From assembly GCA_963744995.1 (NCBI GenBank), contig CAVUWA010000010.1, positions 830,580 to 894,579 on the forward strand: DNA of 64,000 bases. Reading direction: 5' to 3'. Of this stretch, positions 28,180 to 38,449 are shown piece by piece; position 1 is the first letter of the stretch; every line of letters begins with the position of its first letter. The notes beneath the pieces were generated by a model, which saw nothing but the letters and a program-made list of their open reading frames with translations, did not search any database and was not told where the DNA came from. Source of the stretch: Candidatus Eiseniibacteriota bacterium. GTDB taxonomy: Bacteria > Eisenbacteria > RBG-16-71-46. The position numbers were made by a program, and so were the translations under genes.

Positions 28180-28377
28180 TGCGTACCTCTCCAATCTTCG
28201 CGGGCGGGGGCGCAGCATGCCGCGCGCCCCGGCAGGTCGCGAATGGAATTTGCGCGGCGATCGCGCGGCGCGGAAGGACCCGGAGGGGTGTCGGTGGCAG
28301 GCCGTCTGGCCCGCCGCAGGCTCCGGTCTCGCGCGGCGCCCTGCCGCGGTTGGAGTGCTAGATTACTTCTCTCCGGT

Positions 28378-30240
28378 TCACTTGGCCATCTTCTTGCGGC
28401 GACCGCCCTTGCGGGCCGGCTCCGGATCGACCACGACGGCGTGCGAGCCGGCCGGCTGCGTGCCGTCCTCCCGCATCACCAGCCACTGCTGCGCGATGGT
28501 CAGCAGATTCATGACCGTCCAGTAGAGCACGAGCCCGGACGGCAGGTTGTAGAAGAACACCAGCATGACGAGGTTCATGACCGCCATGTTCGGCATTCCG
28601 GACTGCGGATTCTGCGGCATCATCCGCACCTGAAGGAACCCGGTCGCCGCCATCAGCACCGGCAGCAACCGGAACGCGTACGGCCAGAAGGGCAGCGGGA
28701 ACAGCATGTCGGGCGCGGACAGGTCGTTGATCCACAGGAAGAACGGCGCCTGCCTCAGCTCGATGGCGTTGAAGAGCACCGAATAGAGCGCGATGAACAG
28801 CGGCATCTGCAGCAGCATCGGCAGGCAGCCGCCGGCCGGGTTCACCTTGTGCTCCTTGTACAGGGCCATCATGGCCGTGTTCATGGCCTGCGGGTTGTCC
28901 TTGTACTTGGCGCGGATGCGCTCCATCTCGGGCTGCAGCTTCTGCATGGCGCGCATGCTCTTCATGCTCGTCATGTTGAGCGGGTGCAGCAGCACCCGCA
29001 CCAGCGTCGCCAGCACGAGAATCGCGACGCCGTAGTTGTGGAGAATGGCGTACAGCCACTTGAGCACGATCAGCAGCGCCTTGCTGAACGGCTCGAGCCA
29101 GCGCCAGCCGAGATCCACGGCGCGGTCCAGACCGGAGCCGAGCTTCGACAGCCGGTCGTATTCGGTCGGTCCGAAGTACAGCAGGAACCGGTTGACCGGA
29201 GCCGAGGGCGGCGGCAGCCGCACCGTCAGCGCGTTCTCCACCACTTCCTGTTCGGGTTTCACCTTCTCGGACAGCATCGCGCGCTGTTCGTCGGTGAGCG
29301 GAATTCGCTCGCCGCTCGACACCACCTCGACCGGGGTGGCGTCCACCACCGAGGCCAGCGCGGCGAAGTAGCGGTTCTGCACCCCCGCCCAGCGCGCGTT
29401 GCCCTCGAAGTGCTTCGGCTCCTTCATCAGCCCGCCGGCGTGCTCGCGGCGGACGTTGGTCCCGACCAGGCTCGACGCGCGCAGGCCGCGGTGGTCGGCC
29501 TGCCGGTCGGACTCGGTGAACAGCGGCCAGGAGCGGGTGTTCAGCGAGTAGTCCTTGACCTGCCACGCGGCGGGCACGTTGCGGATCTCGACCTCGAGAT
29601 CGATCGCATAGTCGGTCGGCCGCACGCGGTAGGTCTGCCGCACGTAGAAGCCGGAGCTGTCGCCCGAGGTGAACGTGAGGGCCCGCACCTCGCCGTCGAC
29701 GCCCAGACTCTCCGACACCGCGTAGGCCAGGCTGCCGAGCGGGCGCGGGTGCCCGGGCTCGCCCAGATCGATCGCGAACGTGGGCGCTCCGGCCAGCACG
29801 ACCTGATCCTCGGCCGGAACGGTCTCGCCGGGCTTCGGGTGACGCGCGTGGCCCCGGCGCGCCGATTCGCCGTAGGCGGACACGTAGCGCTTGAGCGCGA
29901 CGGACACGAGCCGCGCGCCGCGACTCGAGAAGCGCGCCGTGTAGAGCGGGGTCTCGACGACGATGCTCTGCTCCAACCCGGTCACCGGCGTCTCGAGCGG
30001 CGCGGCCGAGAGATCGCCGGGGCTTTCGAGTCGCGGCGTCGTCGGCACCCCCTGCGGCAGATCGGCGACCGTCACCGCGGTGTCGGCCGCGGCCGTGGTG
30101 TCGGCGCTGTCGGCGGGTGCGGTCACGACCGACTTCGGCGACTCGAGATAGTGTGACAGGCCCAGCATCTTCAGCAGCGGCTGGTAGGCGATCAGGAACA
30201 GCACGCTGAGCGCGATGGCGATGACGGTCTTGCGATCCAT
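28378..30240 (-). CDS. yidC: Membrane protein insertase YidC
   Basis: N-terminal TM, periplasmic domain, NYGVAI, MQKLQP, NPAGGCLPMLLQMP, PSGLVLYW. Confidence 0.97.
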   Translation of the reverse strand: MDRKTVIAIALSVLFLIAYQPLLKMLGLSHYLESPKSVVTAPADSADTTAAADTAVTVADLPQGVPTTPRLESPGDLSAAPLETPVTGLEQSIVVETPLYTARFSSRGARLVSVALKRYVSAYGESARRGHARHPKPGETVPAEDQVVLAGAPTFAIDLGEPGHPRPLGSLAYAVSESLGVDGEVRALTFTSGDSSGFYVRQTYRVRPTDYAIDLEVEIRNVPAAWQVKDYSLNTRSWPLFTESDRQADHRGLRASSLVGTNVRREHAGGLMKEPKHFEGNARWAGVQNRYFAALASVVDATPVEVVSSGERIPLTDEQRAMLSEKVKPEQEVVENALTVRLPPPSAPVNRFLLYFGPTEYDRLSKLGSGLDRAVDLGWRWLEPFSKALLIVLKWLYAILHNYGVAILVLATLVRVLLHPLNMTSMKSMRAMQKLQPEMERIRAKYKDNPQAMNTAMMALYKEHKVNPAGGCLPMLLQMPLFIALYSVLFNAIELRQAPFFLWINDLSAPDMLFPLPFWPYAFRLLPVLMAATGFLQVRMMPQNPQSGMPNMAVMNLVMLVFFYNLPSGLVLYWTVMNLLTIAQQWLVMREDGTQPAGSHAVVVDPEPARKGGRRKKMAK

Positions 30241-30242
30241 GG

Positions 30243-30452
30243 TCAGGGCACCGGGTCGTAGCCGTGGGTGCCGAACGGCCGGCAGCGCGACAGCCGGCGC
30301 AGCGCCAGCCAGGCACCACGCCACGCGCCGTGGCGGCGCACGGCTTCCTCGGCGTACACGGAGCAGGAGGGTTCGTGCCGGCACGCGCCGCGGAAGAACG
30401 GCGACAGCAGCGCGCGGTACAGCCGGATCAGAAGGATGAGGATGAAACGCAC
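30243..30452 (-). CDS. yidD: Membrane protein insertion efficiency factor YidD
   Basis: CRHEPSCSVYA...RCRPF...GYDPVP. Confidence 0.95.
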   Translation of the reverse strand: MRFILILLIRLYRALLSPFFRGACRHEPSCSVYAEEAVRRHGAWRGAWLALRRLSRCRPFGTHGYDPVP

Positions 30453-30456
30453 GCGA

Positions 30457-30843
30457 TCAGGGCTCCGTGGATTCGATGGGCGACAACGCGCCGGCGCGCG
30501 CGAACAGGTTCTCGACGTCGGTCGCCAGCACCTGATGCGGGGCCTTCAGCACCTCGCGGTGGGCGATCAGCACGAAACCGTAACCGCTGCGCGGCATGCG
30601 CGGAAATCGGCGCCGGACGATCTCGCGCAGGCGGCGCCTGGCGCGATTGCGCTGCACGGCATTTCCCACCGAACGGCGGCTGGTGATGAAGCCGAAGCGC
30701 GTGGGTTCGCCGGGACGGGCCAGGACGAGCAGGATGCAGAAGCGGCCGCGGTACGGCGTGCCGCCCGACTGCACCGCGCGAAAATCGCGCGAGGTGCGCA
30801 GGCGATGCTCGCGGCCGAGGCGTTCGGAATGCTGGGCGGTCAT
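30457..30843 (-). CDS. rnpA: Ribonuclease P protein component
   Basis: RLRTSRDF, RFGFITSRRSVGNAVQRNRARRRLRE (RNR motif). Confidence 0.93.
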   Translation of the reverse strand: MTAQHSERLGREHRLRTSRDFRAVQSGGTPYRGRFCILLVLARPGEPTRFGFITSRRSVGNAVQRNRARRRLREIVRRRFPRMPRSGYGFVLIAHREVLKAPHQVLATDVENLFARAGALSPIESTEP

Positions 30844-31208
30844 CCGGATCGAGGCTCCAGAAGAGGACGCGTCTGCGGAGGGATACGCAGAGCCCGTCCC
30901 CGGACGGAGGTATGGAACGGCGGGCGATCGGGCGAGCATGCGGCGCGCATCCGGGGCCGGGAGACGATCGCGACTGTAGCCGTTCGCGATCCGGAATGCC
31001 CACTCAGGCCCTCCGCGGGTCGCGGCTGCCGAACAGCGTGCCGCGAACGCCGCTGCCCCGCACCACGCGCTCAATGGTGGCGCAGGTCTCGCCGGGTGGG
31101 CCGGTCGCTCGTCGCAGCGGAGTTCGCGGCGAGACGCACTCGCTCCCCGCACGCTCGCGCGGCCCGCGCCCGGGCGCGCTTCCCCCACTCGGCGTTCCTG
31201 GACACGGT

Positions 31209-31352
31209 CTAGGCGGAGGAGACCGTCAGGCGCTGACGTCCCTGCCTGCGGCGCGCATTGATCACCTTGCGCCCGCCCTTGGTCTTCATGCGCGCACGGA
31301 AGCCATGCGTCTTCTTGCGGTGACGGTTGCGCGGTCGATAGGTCCGTTTCAT
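31209..31352 (-). CDS. rpmH: 50S ribosomal protein L34 (not in the ORF track)
   Basis: Manual translation [47 protein letters not shown]. Confidence 0.97.
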   Translation of the reverse strand: MKRTYRPRNRHRKKTHGFRARMKTKGGRKVINARRRQGRQRLTVSSA

Positions 31353-31505
31353 GGCTTGAATGGCCTCGTATTCCCAAAGAGTTACGCCGACAAAGGACGC
31401 AGGAGACTACGGGAAGGGACCGGCTCCGTCAAGCCTCCGGGGCGCCGCCCGGCCGGCCGCCGTTCCGCCCGCCGAACAGCGCTGCCGCGGGGACCCCGCG
31501 GGGCT

Positions 31506-31532
31506 TCATGCGGCGCCCCGCCCGGCCGATAA
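31506..31532 (+). promoter_or_regulatory. Sigma28-like promoter upstream of the HEAT/HD-GYP operon
   Basis: TCATG-N14-GCCGATAA. Confidence 0.5.
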
Positions 31533-31618
31533 CCGCAGGGTAGTCACAGGCTCGATCGCCGAGAATCCGAACGCGTCTTCCCAGGCAGCCCGCACCCCCG
31601 GAGCCGCCCGACGGACCC

Positions 31619-33379
31619 ATGCTGACACCCGACTCGCCTTCCGATCTCCAGCTCGCCAAGGAGCTGTCGCCGCGCGCTCTGGCGGTGGCCCGCTGGCTGC
31701 GTTACCTCGCCCGCTCGCTGCGGGTCATGCGCCTCTACAGGGAGGTCAACGAGGTGACGATGAACGCGTCGGCGATCATCGCGGCCAAACTCTACGAGAT
31801 CCTCGAAGACGGCCCGATCGAGCTCCGGGTCGGCTCCCGCGAGATCCTGCTCGAGGACGAGCCCGTGGTCCGCGTGCAGAAGCGGAAGATCGGCCAGGAC
31901 TACCTGCCGTCCCCCGAAGAAGAGCTGCCGTTCTTCATCTATCAGGACGGCATCCGCCTGATCCGCATCCTCGAATCGGTGCCGCGCCGCGAGATCGAGG
32001 TGCTGGTCGAGGCCCTCCGCCAGCGCGGGCGCGGGCCCGACACCGAAAACGATCTGGTGACCATGCTGTGGCAGGCGAATCTGCTGCACATCCAGATCGA
32101 ATCCGTCCCGCTCGAGCAGACGATCTATCTATCATCGCGCAGACCCACGGGGGGTGGCGGCGGCGGCTCGGGCGGGTTCGCTTTCGTGTGGTCGCCCGCG
32201 GGCGAACAGATCCACGCCGATCTCGGCCAGGTCGGCGGACCGCAGGGCCTGCACCGCGACACGTTCGACGACTGGGAGCTGCCCGAAGACACCACCGACG
32301 TCCCGGACGCCTACATGAGGCTGCTGCCCGAGATGGAGGCGGCGCGGCCCAGGTTCCAGCTCGACTGGGTGCAGGAATGGGTCGCCGACTGGAACCTGGA
32401 TGCCCCCGAGGTGCTGCGCGAAATCATCGCCCAGGACCACGGCCCGCATACCGGTCACGCCCTCGCCCACTTCGTCGTCACCTGGCTCGTGAACGCGTTC
32501 CAGCGCCGCGAATGGACCGAGGCCCAGCGCGCACTCGAGTTGCTGGGTGAATTCGATCCCGATCGCGCCATGTCGAACGCGGCGCTCGAGGACATGCTGG
32601 GCGGGATCGACGGCGCGCCGCTCGCCGAACAGCTCGACACGGCGGACCCCGACGAGCAGGGCCGTTTCCTCGGGCTGGCCGTGGCCATCGGCCGGCCCGC
32701 GCTGAAGCTCGTGTTTGCGGTCATGGCGGAAGCCAGGCGCGGCCGCATGCGGGCCGCCACCTGCACCGCGCTCGCCTACATGTGCGACGACGACCCCGCC
32801 CTGCTCGAGCCCTGGCTCACCGACATGCGCTGGTACGTGGTGCGCAACGTGGTGTTCGTCCTCGGTCAGATCGGCGGGTCACGGATCGTGCCGCTGCTGC
32901 GGATCGCCGCCCACCACCAGGATCACCGCGTCCGCCGCGCCGTGGTGCACGCGCTCGGCGCGGTGACGCTGGCCGAACGCATGCCCATCCTGCTGAGCAT
33001 GCTCGACACCCACGATCCGCAGCTGCTCGCGGCGGTCCTCACGCTGATGACCCGCGAACCACGGCGCGAGATCGCACTGGAGCTGCTCAAACGGATCAGC
33101 GCCCCCGACTTCGACTCCCGCAAGGAGGACGCGCAGCGCGCGTTGCTGCACGCGCTCGGCGAGGTCGCGGACGACGAGACCGTGGCCCCGCTCGCCGAAA
33201 TCCTGAACGGCGGCGGCTGGTTCGCACGCATCACCACGCGCCGGCTCGGCGTCGCGCGGATCCTCCAGCAGATCGGCTCCGAGCAGGCGCTGGCCGTGCT
33301 CGACGAGGGGCTGCGCTCGCGCAGCGAAGCGGTCCGGGCGGCCGTGCTCGAGGCCGTCGGGTCGCGGAGCACCGCATGA
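31619..33379 (+). CDS. HEAT-repeat protein
   Basis: WYVVRNVVFVLGQIG, DHRVRRAVVHALG, SEAVRAAVLEA PBS-lyase/HEAT-like repeats. Confidence 0.85.
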   Translation: MLTPDSPSDLQLAKELSPRALAVARWLRYLARSLRVMRLYREVNEVTMNASAIIAAKLYEILEDGPIELRVGSREILLEDEPVVRVQKRKIGQDYLPSPEEELPFFIYQDGIRLIRILESVPRREIEVLVEALRQRGRGPDTENDLVTMLWQANLLHIQIESVPLEQTIYLSSRRPTGGGGGGSGGFAFVWSPAGEQIHADLGQVGGPQGLHRDTFDDWELPEDTTDVPDAYMRLLPEMEAARPRFQLDWVQEWVADWNLDAPEVLREIIAQDHGPHTGHALAHFVVTWLVNAFQRREWTEAQRALELLGEFDPDRAMSNAALEDMLGGIDGAPLAEQLDTADPDEQGRFLGLAVAIGRPALKLVFAVMAEARRGRMRAATCTALAYMCDDDPALLEPWLTDMRWYVVRNVVFVLGQIGGSRIVPLLRIAAHHQDHRVRRAVVHALGAVTLAERMPILLSMLDTHDPQLLAAVLTLMTREPRREIALELLKRISAPDFDSRKEDAQRALLHALGEVADDETVAPLAEILNGGGWFARITTRRLGVARILQQIGSEQALAVLDEGLRSRSEAVRAAVLEAVGSRSTA

Positions 33380-34956
33380 CCCTCCCGGCGCCGGATCCGG
33401 CGCGCGGGCCCGCCCCGCGGACGCTCGACGACCAGTATCGCGTCGCGGGCCTCAGGATCGTCCAGCGCTTCAACGCGCTGGTGCGCATGGGCCGGGCCTA
33501 CCAGGTCGACAACCAGGTCTTTCACCACCAGCTGAACGAGTTCCTCAAGGCGATCGCCCCGATCTTCGAAGGCGCCGAGGAGGTCGTGCTGGTCTCGCTG
33601 GACGACGACCTGTACCTGAACGGCGTCCGCATTCCGGCGCGGCCGAACACTCTCAAGTATCACGAGGCGCTGCTCGAGGAGCTCGAGCGGCGCAGCATCG
33701 CGGGATTCAAGATCGAGAAGGGCGCCTCGGACGACGAAATCATCACGTTCTTCCGCCTGTTCCTGCAGCCCGACGTCTACTTCGGCACCGGCCTGCTGGA
33801 GGCCTGTCTCGCGCACGGCTCCGACCACGTTCTGCCGGCCGTGAATGCGTCCACCGACGCCGCCGACGACGGCCCCTTCGGCACGCCGATCCGCCCGGGC
33901 GACGACGTCGAGCCGTCACCGGGGCGCGGCGCCGGCGTGATCGGCGGGGAGGCGAGCGGCGGGGCCCGGCAGCGCGAAGGCGGCGACGGCGCCGCAGCGC
34001 CGGGCCACGGCACGGGGAACGCGGCGGCGGCGCCGCGCGGCGCCGCGGCCAGGGGCTACTCGATGGCGGTCGTCGGCACCCGTTCGCTCCTCACCACGAC
34101 CTCCGTGCAGAGCGGCATGGAAATGCGCCACGCGAAACGTGTCGTGCAGCCGCTCATCGACGGCGCCTTCGCCGACGAGCCGGTGGTCGTGGGACTCAGC
34201 GCGCTCGGCCATCGCGACGAGTACACCTACGCGCACGCGGTGAACGTCTGTCTCGTCGCGACCAGCATGGGGCACTACCTCGGCATGGATCGCCGGGCGC
34301 TCGCCGATCTGTCGGTGGCTGCGCTGCTGCACGACGTCGGCAAGGCCGGCGTCATGGGCGAGGTGCGGAACCCGATCGGCTCCTGGACCGAAGCGGAGGC
34401 GGCGGCCGCGGCGCGCCATCCGCTGGAAGGCGCCAGGCTGCTGGCGCGCACGACCACGCTCAACCGGACCACCCTGCGCTGCATGCGCGTCGCGCTCGAG
34501 CACCACGCCAACGCGGACGGCTCGGGTTACCCGAAGCTCTCGCCCCATTACCGCGTGAGCCTCATGGCGCGCCTCGTCGCGATCGCCGACTGCTACGTGA
34601 GCCTGCAGACCCACCGCAGCCTGGCGGGTCTGCAGGTGACCCCCTACGAGGCGCTCGGCCGGATGCTCGGGCCGCTGCATGCGAAGTTCGATCCGGCGCT
34701 GCTCTGGGCGCTCGTCCAGACGGTCGGCTTCTACCCGCCCGGCCAGCTCATCGAGCTGGATGACCGCTCGATCGCGGTCGTGCTGTCGCCGAACCGCGAC
34801 GATCTCGCCCGGCCCCACGTGCGTGTGGTGCGCGAGCCGAACGGCCGCGTCGTACCGCCCGGGGAGGGCCGCGAACACCGGCCGATTCCCAACGACATGG
34901 GGGTGCGGCGCGCGATCCCGGGACGCGAATACGACTCGCTCCTCGAGGCGTCCTAG
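33376..34956 (+). CDS. HD-GYP domain protein (putative cyclic-dinucleotide phosphodiesterase)
   Basis: YTYAHAVNV, LLHDVGK, RHPLEG, EHHANADGSGYP, AIADCY; ATGA overlap with the HEAT gene. Confidence 0.88.
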   Translation: MTLPAPDPARGPAPRTLDDQYRVAGLRIVQRFNALVRMGRAYQVDNQVFHHQLNEFLKAIAPIFEGAEEVVLVSLDDDLYLNGVRIPARPNTLKYHEALLEELERRSIAGFKIEKGASDDEIITFFRLFLQPDVYFGTGLLEACLAHGSDHVLPAVNASTDAADDGPFGTPIRPGDDVEPSPGRGAGVIGGEASGGARQREGGDGAAAPGHGTGNAAAAPRGAAARGYSMAVVGTRSLLTTTSVQSGMEMRHAKRVVQPLIDGAFADEPVVVGLSALGHRDEYTYAHAVNVCLVATSMGHYLGMDRRALADLSVAALLHDVGKAGVMGEVRNPIGSWTEAEAAAAARHPLEGARLLARTTTLNRTTLRCMRVALEHHANADGSGYPKLSPHYRVSLMARLVAIADCYVSLQTHRSLAGLQVTPYEALGRMLGPLHAKFDPALLWALVQTVGFYPPGQLIELDDRSIAVVLSPNRDDLARPHVRVVREPNGRVVPPGEGREHRPIPNDMGVRRAIPGREYDSLLEAS

Positions 34957-35013
34957 CCGCGAGGAGCCGCCCCGCACGCGGCGCGCCGGGCCGGATGCCG
35001 CGCCCGCGCCCGG

Positions 35014-35829
35014 TCAGATCCGGTGCGAGGCCTGTTCGCGGAACATCGTGAGCTTCACGCGTTCGTCGGGGCGCATCTGGTCCATCTCGGGCGCGCGCCC
35101 GTCGTTGAACAGGTAGCGCCGCATGCCGCCCTCGACGCGCCGCATGTCGTCGCCCCCGACCGGTCCCACGTGCACGTCGCCGTCGAGCACGCACACGCAG
35201 GTGCCCTGCGCCTCGCAGATGATCGCGAGCGTCGAGCCCGTGACCTCGATCGCGGCCTCGGGCGTGGTCACCATGAGCTTCGCGCCGGCGAATCCGGGCT
35301 GCGTGGTGACGCGCAGCGTGCCGTGGCGGACGGACGCGTGTACCGTGCGCCGGAACCAGCGGCCCGGCACCCGCGGCACCACGAACTCCGTGCCCGAAGT
35401 CGCGAGCAGCATGAGATGATCGGCGCTCGCGAGCCGGACCTCGCCGCCCTCGGGGACGACCACGCGCGCGCCGGGGTGCATGGCGCGATCGAGATCCGCG
35501 ACGTGGTTCATCGGAATCGGCCGCCCGTCGACGAGGACGACGCCGTCGCCGAACCCGCCCGCGACCGTCCAGGACGGCCCCGCGTTCAGCACGACGGCGA
35601 CGAGCACCGCGGCGGCCGCCGCCAGGGGCGGCACGAGCCATCCGGCCGCGGCACGCCGGTACCAGGGCAGCGGCACGATGCGCCGCGGGCGGGCGGCGAT
35701 CGTGCCGTCCGCGAACGACGCCTTGAGGCGCGCCCGGAACGCCGGGTCCGCCGCGGGCTCGGAGAGTCCGCGGACCGCGTCGCGCGCCCGCCGTTCTGCC
35801 GGGGTCGTCTGGTCGTTCGGTTCGTTCAT
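35014..35829 (-). CDS. FecR-like anti-sigma factor
   Basis: Short cytoplasmic N-terminus, one TM, FecR-like VTTPEAAIEVTGS...VCVLDGDVHV; overlaps the sigma gene stop. Confidence 0.75.
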   Translation of the reverse strand: MNEPNDQTTPAERRARDAVRGLSEPAADPAFRARLKASFADGTIAARPRRIVPLPWYRRAAAGWLVPPLAAAAAVLVAVVLNAGPSWTVAGGFGDGVVLVDGRPIPMNHVADLDRAMHPGARVVVPEGGEVRLASADHLMLLATSGTEFVVPRVPGRWFRRTVHASVRHGTLRVTTQPGFAGAKLMVTTPEAAIEVTGSTLAIICEAQGTCVCVLDGDVHVGPVGGDDMRRVEGGMRRYLFNDGRAPEMDQMRPDERVKLTMFREQASHRI

Positions 35830-36512
35830 TTCAATACGTCTCCGAGCATCCGGCCGAGCGCGGCCAGCGCCCGCGAGTAGCGTTTGCGGGCGGCCGCGTG
35901 CCGGACCCCCGTCACCTCCGCGATCTCCTGATGGCTCAACCCCTCATAATCGTGCAGCACGATCGCGGTGCGCAGCCCCTCGGGAAGTCGCGCGATCGCC
36001 TCCTGCACCAGCCGCTCCCGTTCGCCGCGCAGGAGGTCCTGTTCGGGTTCGTGCGTGCCCGCCGTGAGGCGCGTCGCGAGCCCGGAGTCTTCATCGTCGA
36101 GCGACGCCGACCGTCGCCCCATGCGATATGTGCGCGAGCGCCAGAAGTCGCGGCACGCGTTGTACGTGATCGCGACGACCCACGGCGTCGGGTCCCGCGA
36201 CGGATCCAGTTGATGCGCGCCGCGGTGGATCTTGAGGAACACGTCCTGGGTCAGATCCTCCGCCGCGCTCCGCTCCCCCAGCAGGCGGAACGAGAGACCG
36301 AACACCTGATCGAAGTAACGCTCGAAGAACGCCGCCAGCGCCGCGGGGTCCCGCTCGCGGACGCCTTCCAGGATCCGCGGCTCGAGCGGCTCGCCGCCGC
36401 GACGCGCGGCATGCTGCGCGCCGCCTGCCGCGCCCACGGACGCCCCGGAATCCCGCACACCTTCATGTACGGAGCGATCCGGATTGTGTGTCGGCCCTGT
36501 CGACGGACGCAC
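35826..36512 (-). CDS. ECF RNA polymerase sigma factor
   Basis: AEDLTQDVFLK (region 2), LHDYEGLSHQEIAEV (region 4); start uncertain. Confidence 0.92.
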   Translation of the reverse strand: MRPSTGPTHNPDRSVHEGVRDSGASVGAAGGAQHAARRGGEPLEPRILEGVRERDPAALAAFFERYFDQVFGLSFRLLGERSAAEDLTQDVFLKIHRGAHQLDPSRDPTPWVVAITYNACRDFWRSRTYRMGRRSASLDDEDSGLATRLTAGTHEPEQDLLRGERERLVQEAIARLPEGLRTAIVLHDYEGLSHQEIAEVTGVRHAAARKRYSRALAALGRMLGDVLK

Positions 36513-36820
36513 TCGCGACTGCCCCTTTCCGTGCCGGACGATCCCTTAAGCCATTGAATCTCATCGGATTCAAGCGGGAGCCCTGGCGGCGAGCGGCAGT
36601 ATGGCATAGCGCCGCGGGCGCCGGAAAGGGGATCCCGGGCGGGTCGGGCCCCGGGCGGGAGCGGCGGCTCAGGGTGCGGCGGCGCACGGATGGCGGCGGG
36701 GGATGGCCCGGGAGGGTGGTCGCGGCGCGCGGGCGGCGCGAGGACCGCGGGCGGGCTTCACGCGCGCAGGTCCGGGCGCGGGGGGCCGGGCCCCGGCGCC
36801 ACGACCGGGGCGCGCGCCGC

Positions 36821-38410
36821 TCAGGCCGCTTCGCCCTCGCGCGCCGGCGATTCGGGAATCTCCGCGATCGACAGAGGCAGCCGCACCCAGAAGGTGCTGC
36901 CCTTGCCGGGGCGGCTGTTCACACCGACGTGGCCGCCGTGCAGCTCCGACAGCCGCTTCACCAGGTGCAGGCCGATGCCGAGACCGCCCCTGGACTGGTC
37001 GATCGCGTTCGCGCCCTGGCCGAACATCTCGAAGATGTACGTCGCCTCCTCGGGCTGGATCCCCGACCCGCGGTCGACGACCTCGAGCAGGGCGTCGTCG
37101 CCGTCCTGGCGCACCCGCAGGGTCACGACCCCGCGGCGCGGGCTGAACTTCACCGCGTTCACCAGCAGATTGACGACGACCTGCCGCATCTTGACCTCGT
37201 CGAGCGGCATCAGCGGCAGGTCCTCGGACAGTTCGGCCTCGATCTCGATCCCGTACTTCTGGGCCAGCGGCCTGGTCGTGTGCACCGCGTCGCGCGCCAG
37301 TGCCGCGAGCCCCACGAACCGGCGGTGCAGCGGGAGCTTGCCGCTCTCGATGCGCGACAGGTCGAGGATGTCGTCGATCAGCCCGAGCAGCCGGTGCGCC
37401 TCACCCCGCAGGCGTACGACGAATTCGGAGCGCTGCTTCTCGTCGATCGAGAGCCGCTCGTCGGAGAGCAGCTCGGAATAGGCGATCACCGACGTGAGCG
37501 GCGTCTTGAGCTCGTGCGTCGCGGTGGACAGGAACACGTCCTTCAGGCGGTTCATGTCGTTCAGGCGCTGGTTGTCCTCCTCCAGTTCCCGCGTGCGCGA
37601 GCCCAGCTTCTCCAGCGCCTGGGCGCGGTCGACGGCGGCGCCGACGTGCTCGGCGAACATCATCAGCAGTTCGCGGTGGTGGTCCTCGAAGCTCACCGGA
37701 AAGTTGATGCGGTTCACGTTCAGCACGCCGATGCAGCGCTCGCCCACGCGCAGCGGCAGCGAGAGCGCCGAAGTGATGTTGCGTTCCCGCTTGTAGTGCT
37801 GGCCGAGATCGCCGGGCGGGCGTTCGGCGAGCAGCAGCGGCTGGTTCTGTTGCGCCACCCATCCGGCGATGCCCTCGCCGAGCTTCTTCTTCCCGTGGCG
37901 CGCGAACTCCGACTCGAGACCGTACGAGGCGCGCGTTTCCAGCACGCCGGTCTCCGCTTCGTAGAGCATGATCGACGCCTGCTGCGCCTTCAGGGCCGAC
38001 ACCACGCGCCGCACGATGATCTCCAGGATCACGTCGAGGCGCAGCTGCAGATTGAGTGCGGTCGTCACCTGGAACAGCGCCGAGAGTTCGGAGAGGCGCG
38101 AGCGCACGGCCTCCTTCTCCTGCTCCTTCGCCTCGAGCGCGCGGCGCATGGAGGCGATCTCGCGCTGCTTGATGGCCGTATAGAGGCAGAAGATGAGTAC
38201 CAGCCCGGTGAGCGAGATCAGCGTGACGTAGCTCGCCTCGAGCTCCTCGCCGATCATGCCTTCGGCCTGCAGCAGCGGCAGGTAGATCAGGGCGATGGCG
38301 GCGGTGAGCGCGAGCACCACCGCGACCGTGACGCCCCAGAGCAGCCAGCTGCGTCGGTTGAGGTGCTCGACTGCGAATGAGCTCATGGCGTTCCGTGCCA
38401 TCCGATTCAT
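36821..38410 (-). CDS. Membrane GAF-domain sensor histidine kinase
   Basis: Two TMs, GAF, THELKTPL H-box, NLLVNAVKF, DRGSGI, GLGIGL, GKGSTF; start uncertain (38386-38446). Confidence 0.93.
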   Translation of the reverse strand: MNRMARNAMSSFAVEHLNRRSWLLWGVTVAVVLALTAAIALIYLPLLQAEGMIGEELEASYVTLISLTGLVLIFCLYTAIKQREIASMRRALEAKEQEKEAVRSRLSELSALFQVTTALNLQLRLDVILEIIVRRVVSALKAQQASIMLYEAETGVLETRASYGLESEFARHGKKKLGEGIAGWVAQQNQPLLLAERPPGDLGQHYKRERNITSALSLPLRVGERCIGVLNVNRINFPVSFEDHHRELLMMFAEHVGAAVDRAQALEKLGSRTRELEEDNQRLNDMNRLKDVFLSTATHELKTPLTSVIAYSELLSDERLSIDEKQRSEFVVRLRGEAHRLLGLIDDILDLSRIESGKLPLHRRFVGLAALARDAVHTTRPLAQKYGIEIEAELSEDLPLMPLDEVKMRQVVVNLLVNAVKFSPRRGVVTLRVRQDGDDALLEVVDRGSGIQPEEATYIFEMFGQGANAIDQSRGGLGIGLHLVKRLSELHGGHVGVNSRPGKGSTFWVRLPLSIAEIPESPAREGEAA

Positions 38411-38449
38411 GTGGGAGAGGGGCCGAAGCATGTGAATGGTCTGCAACGG

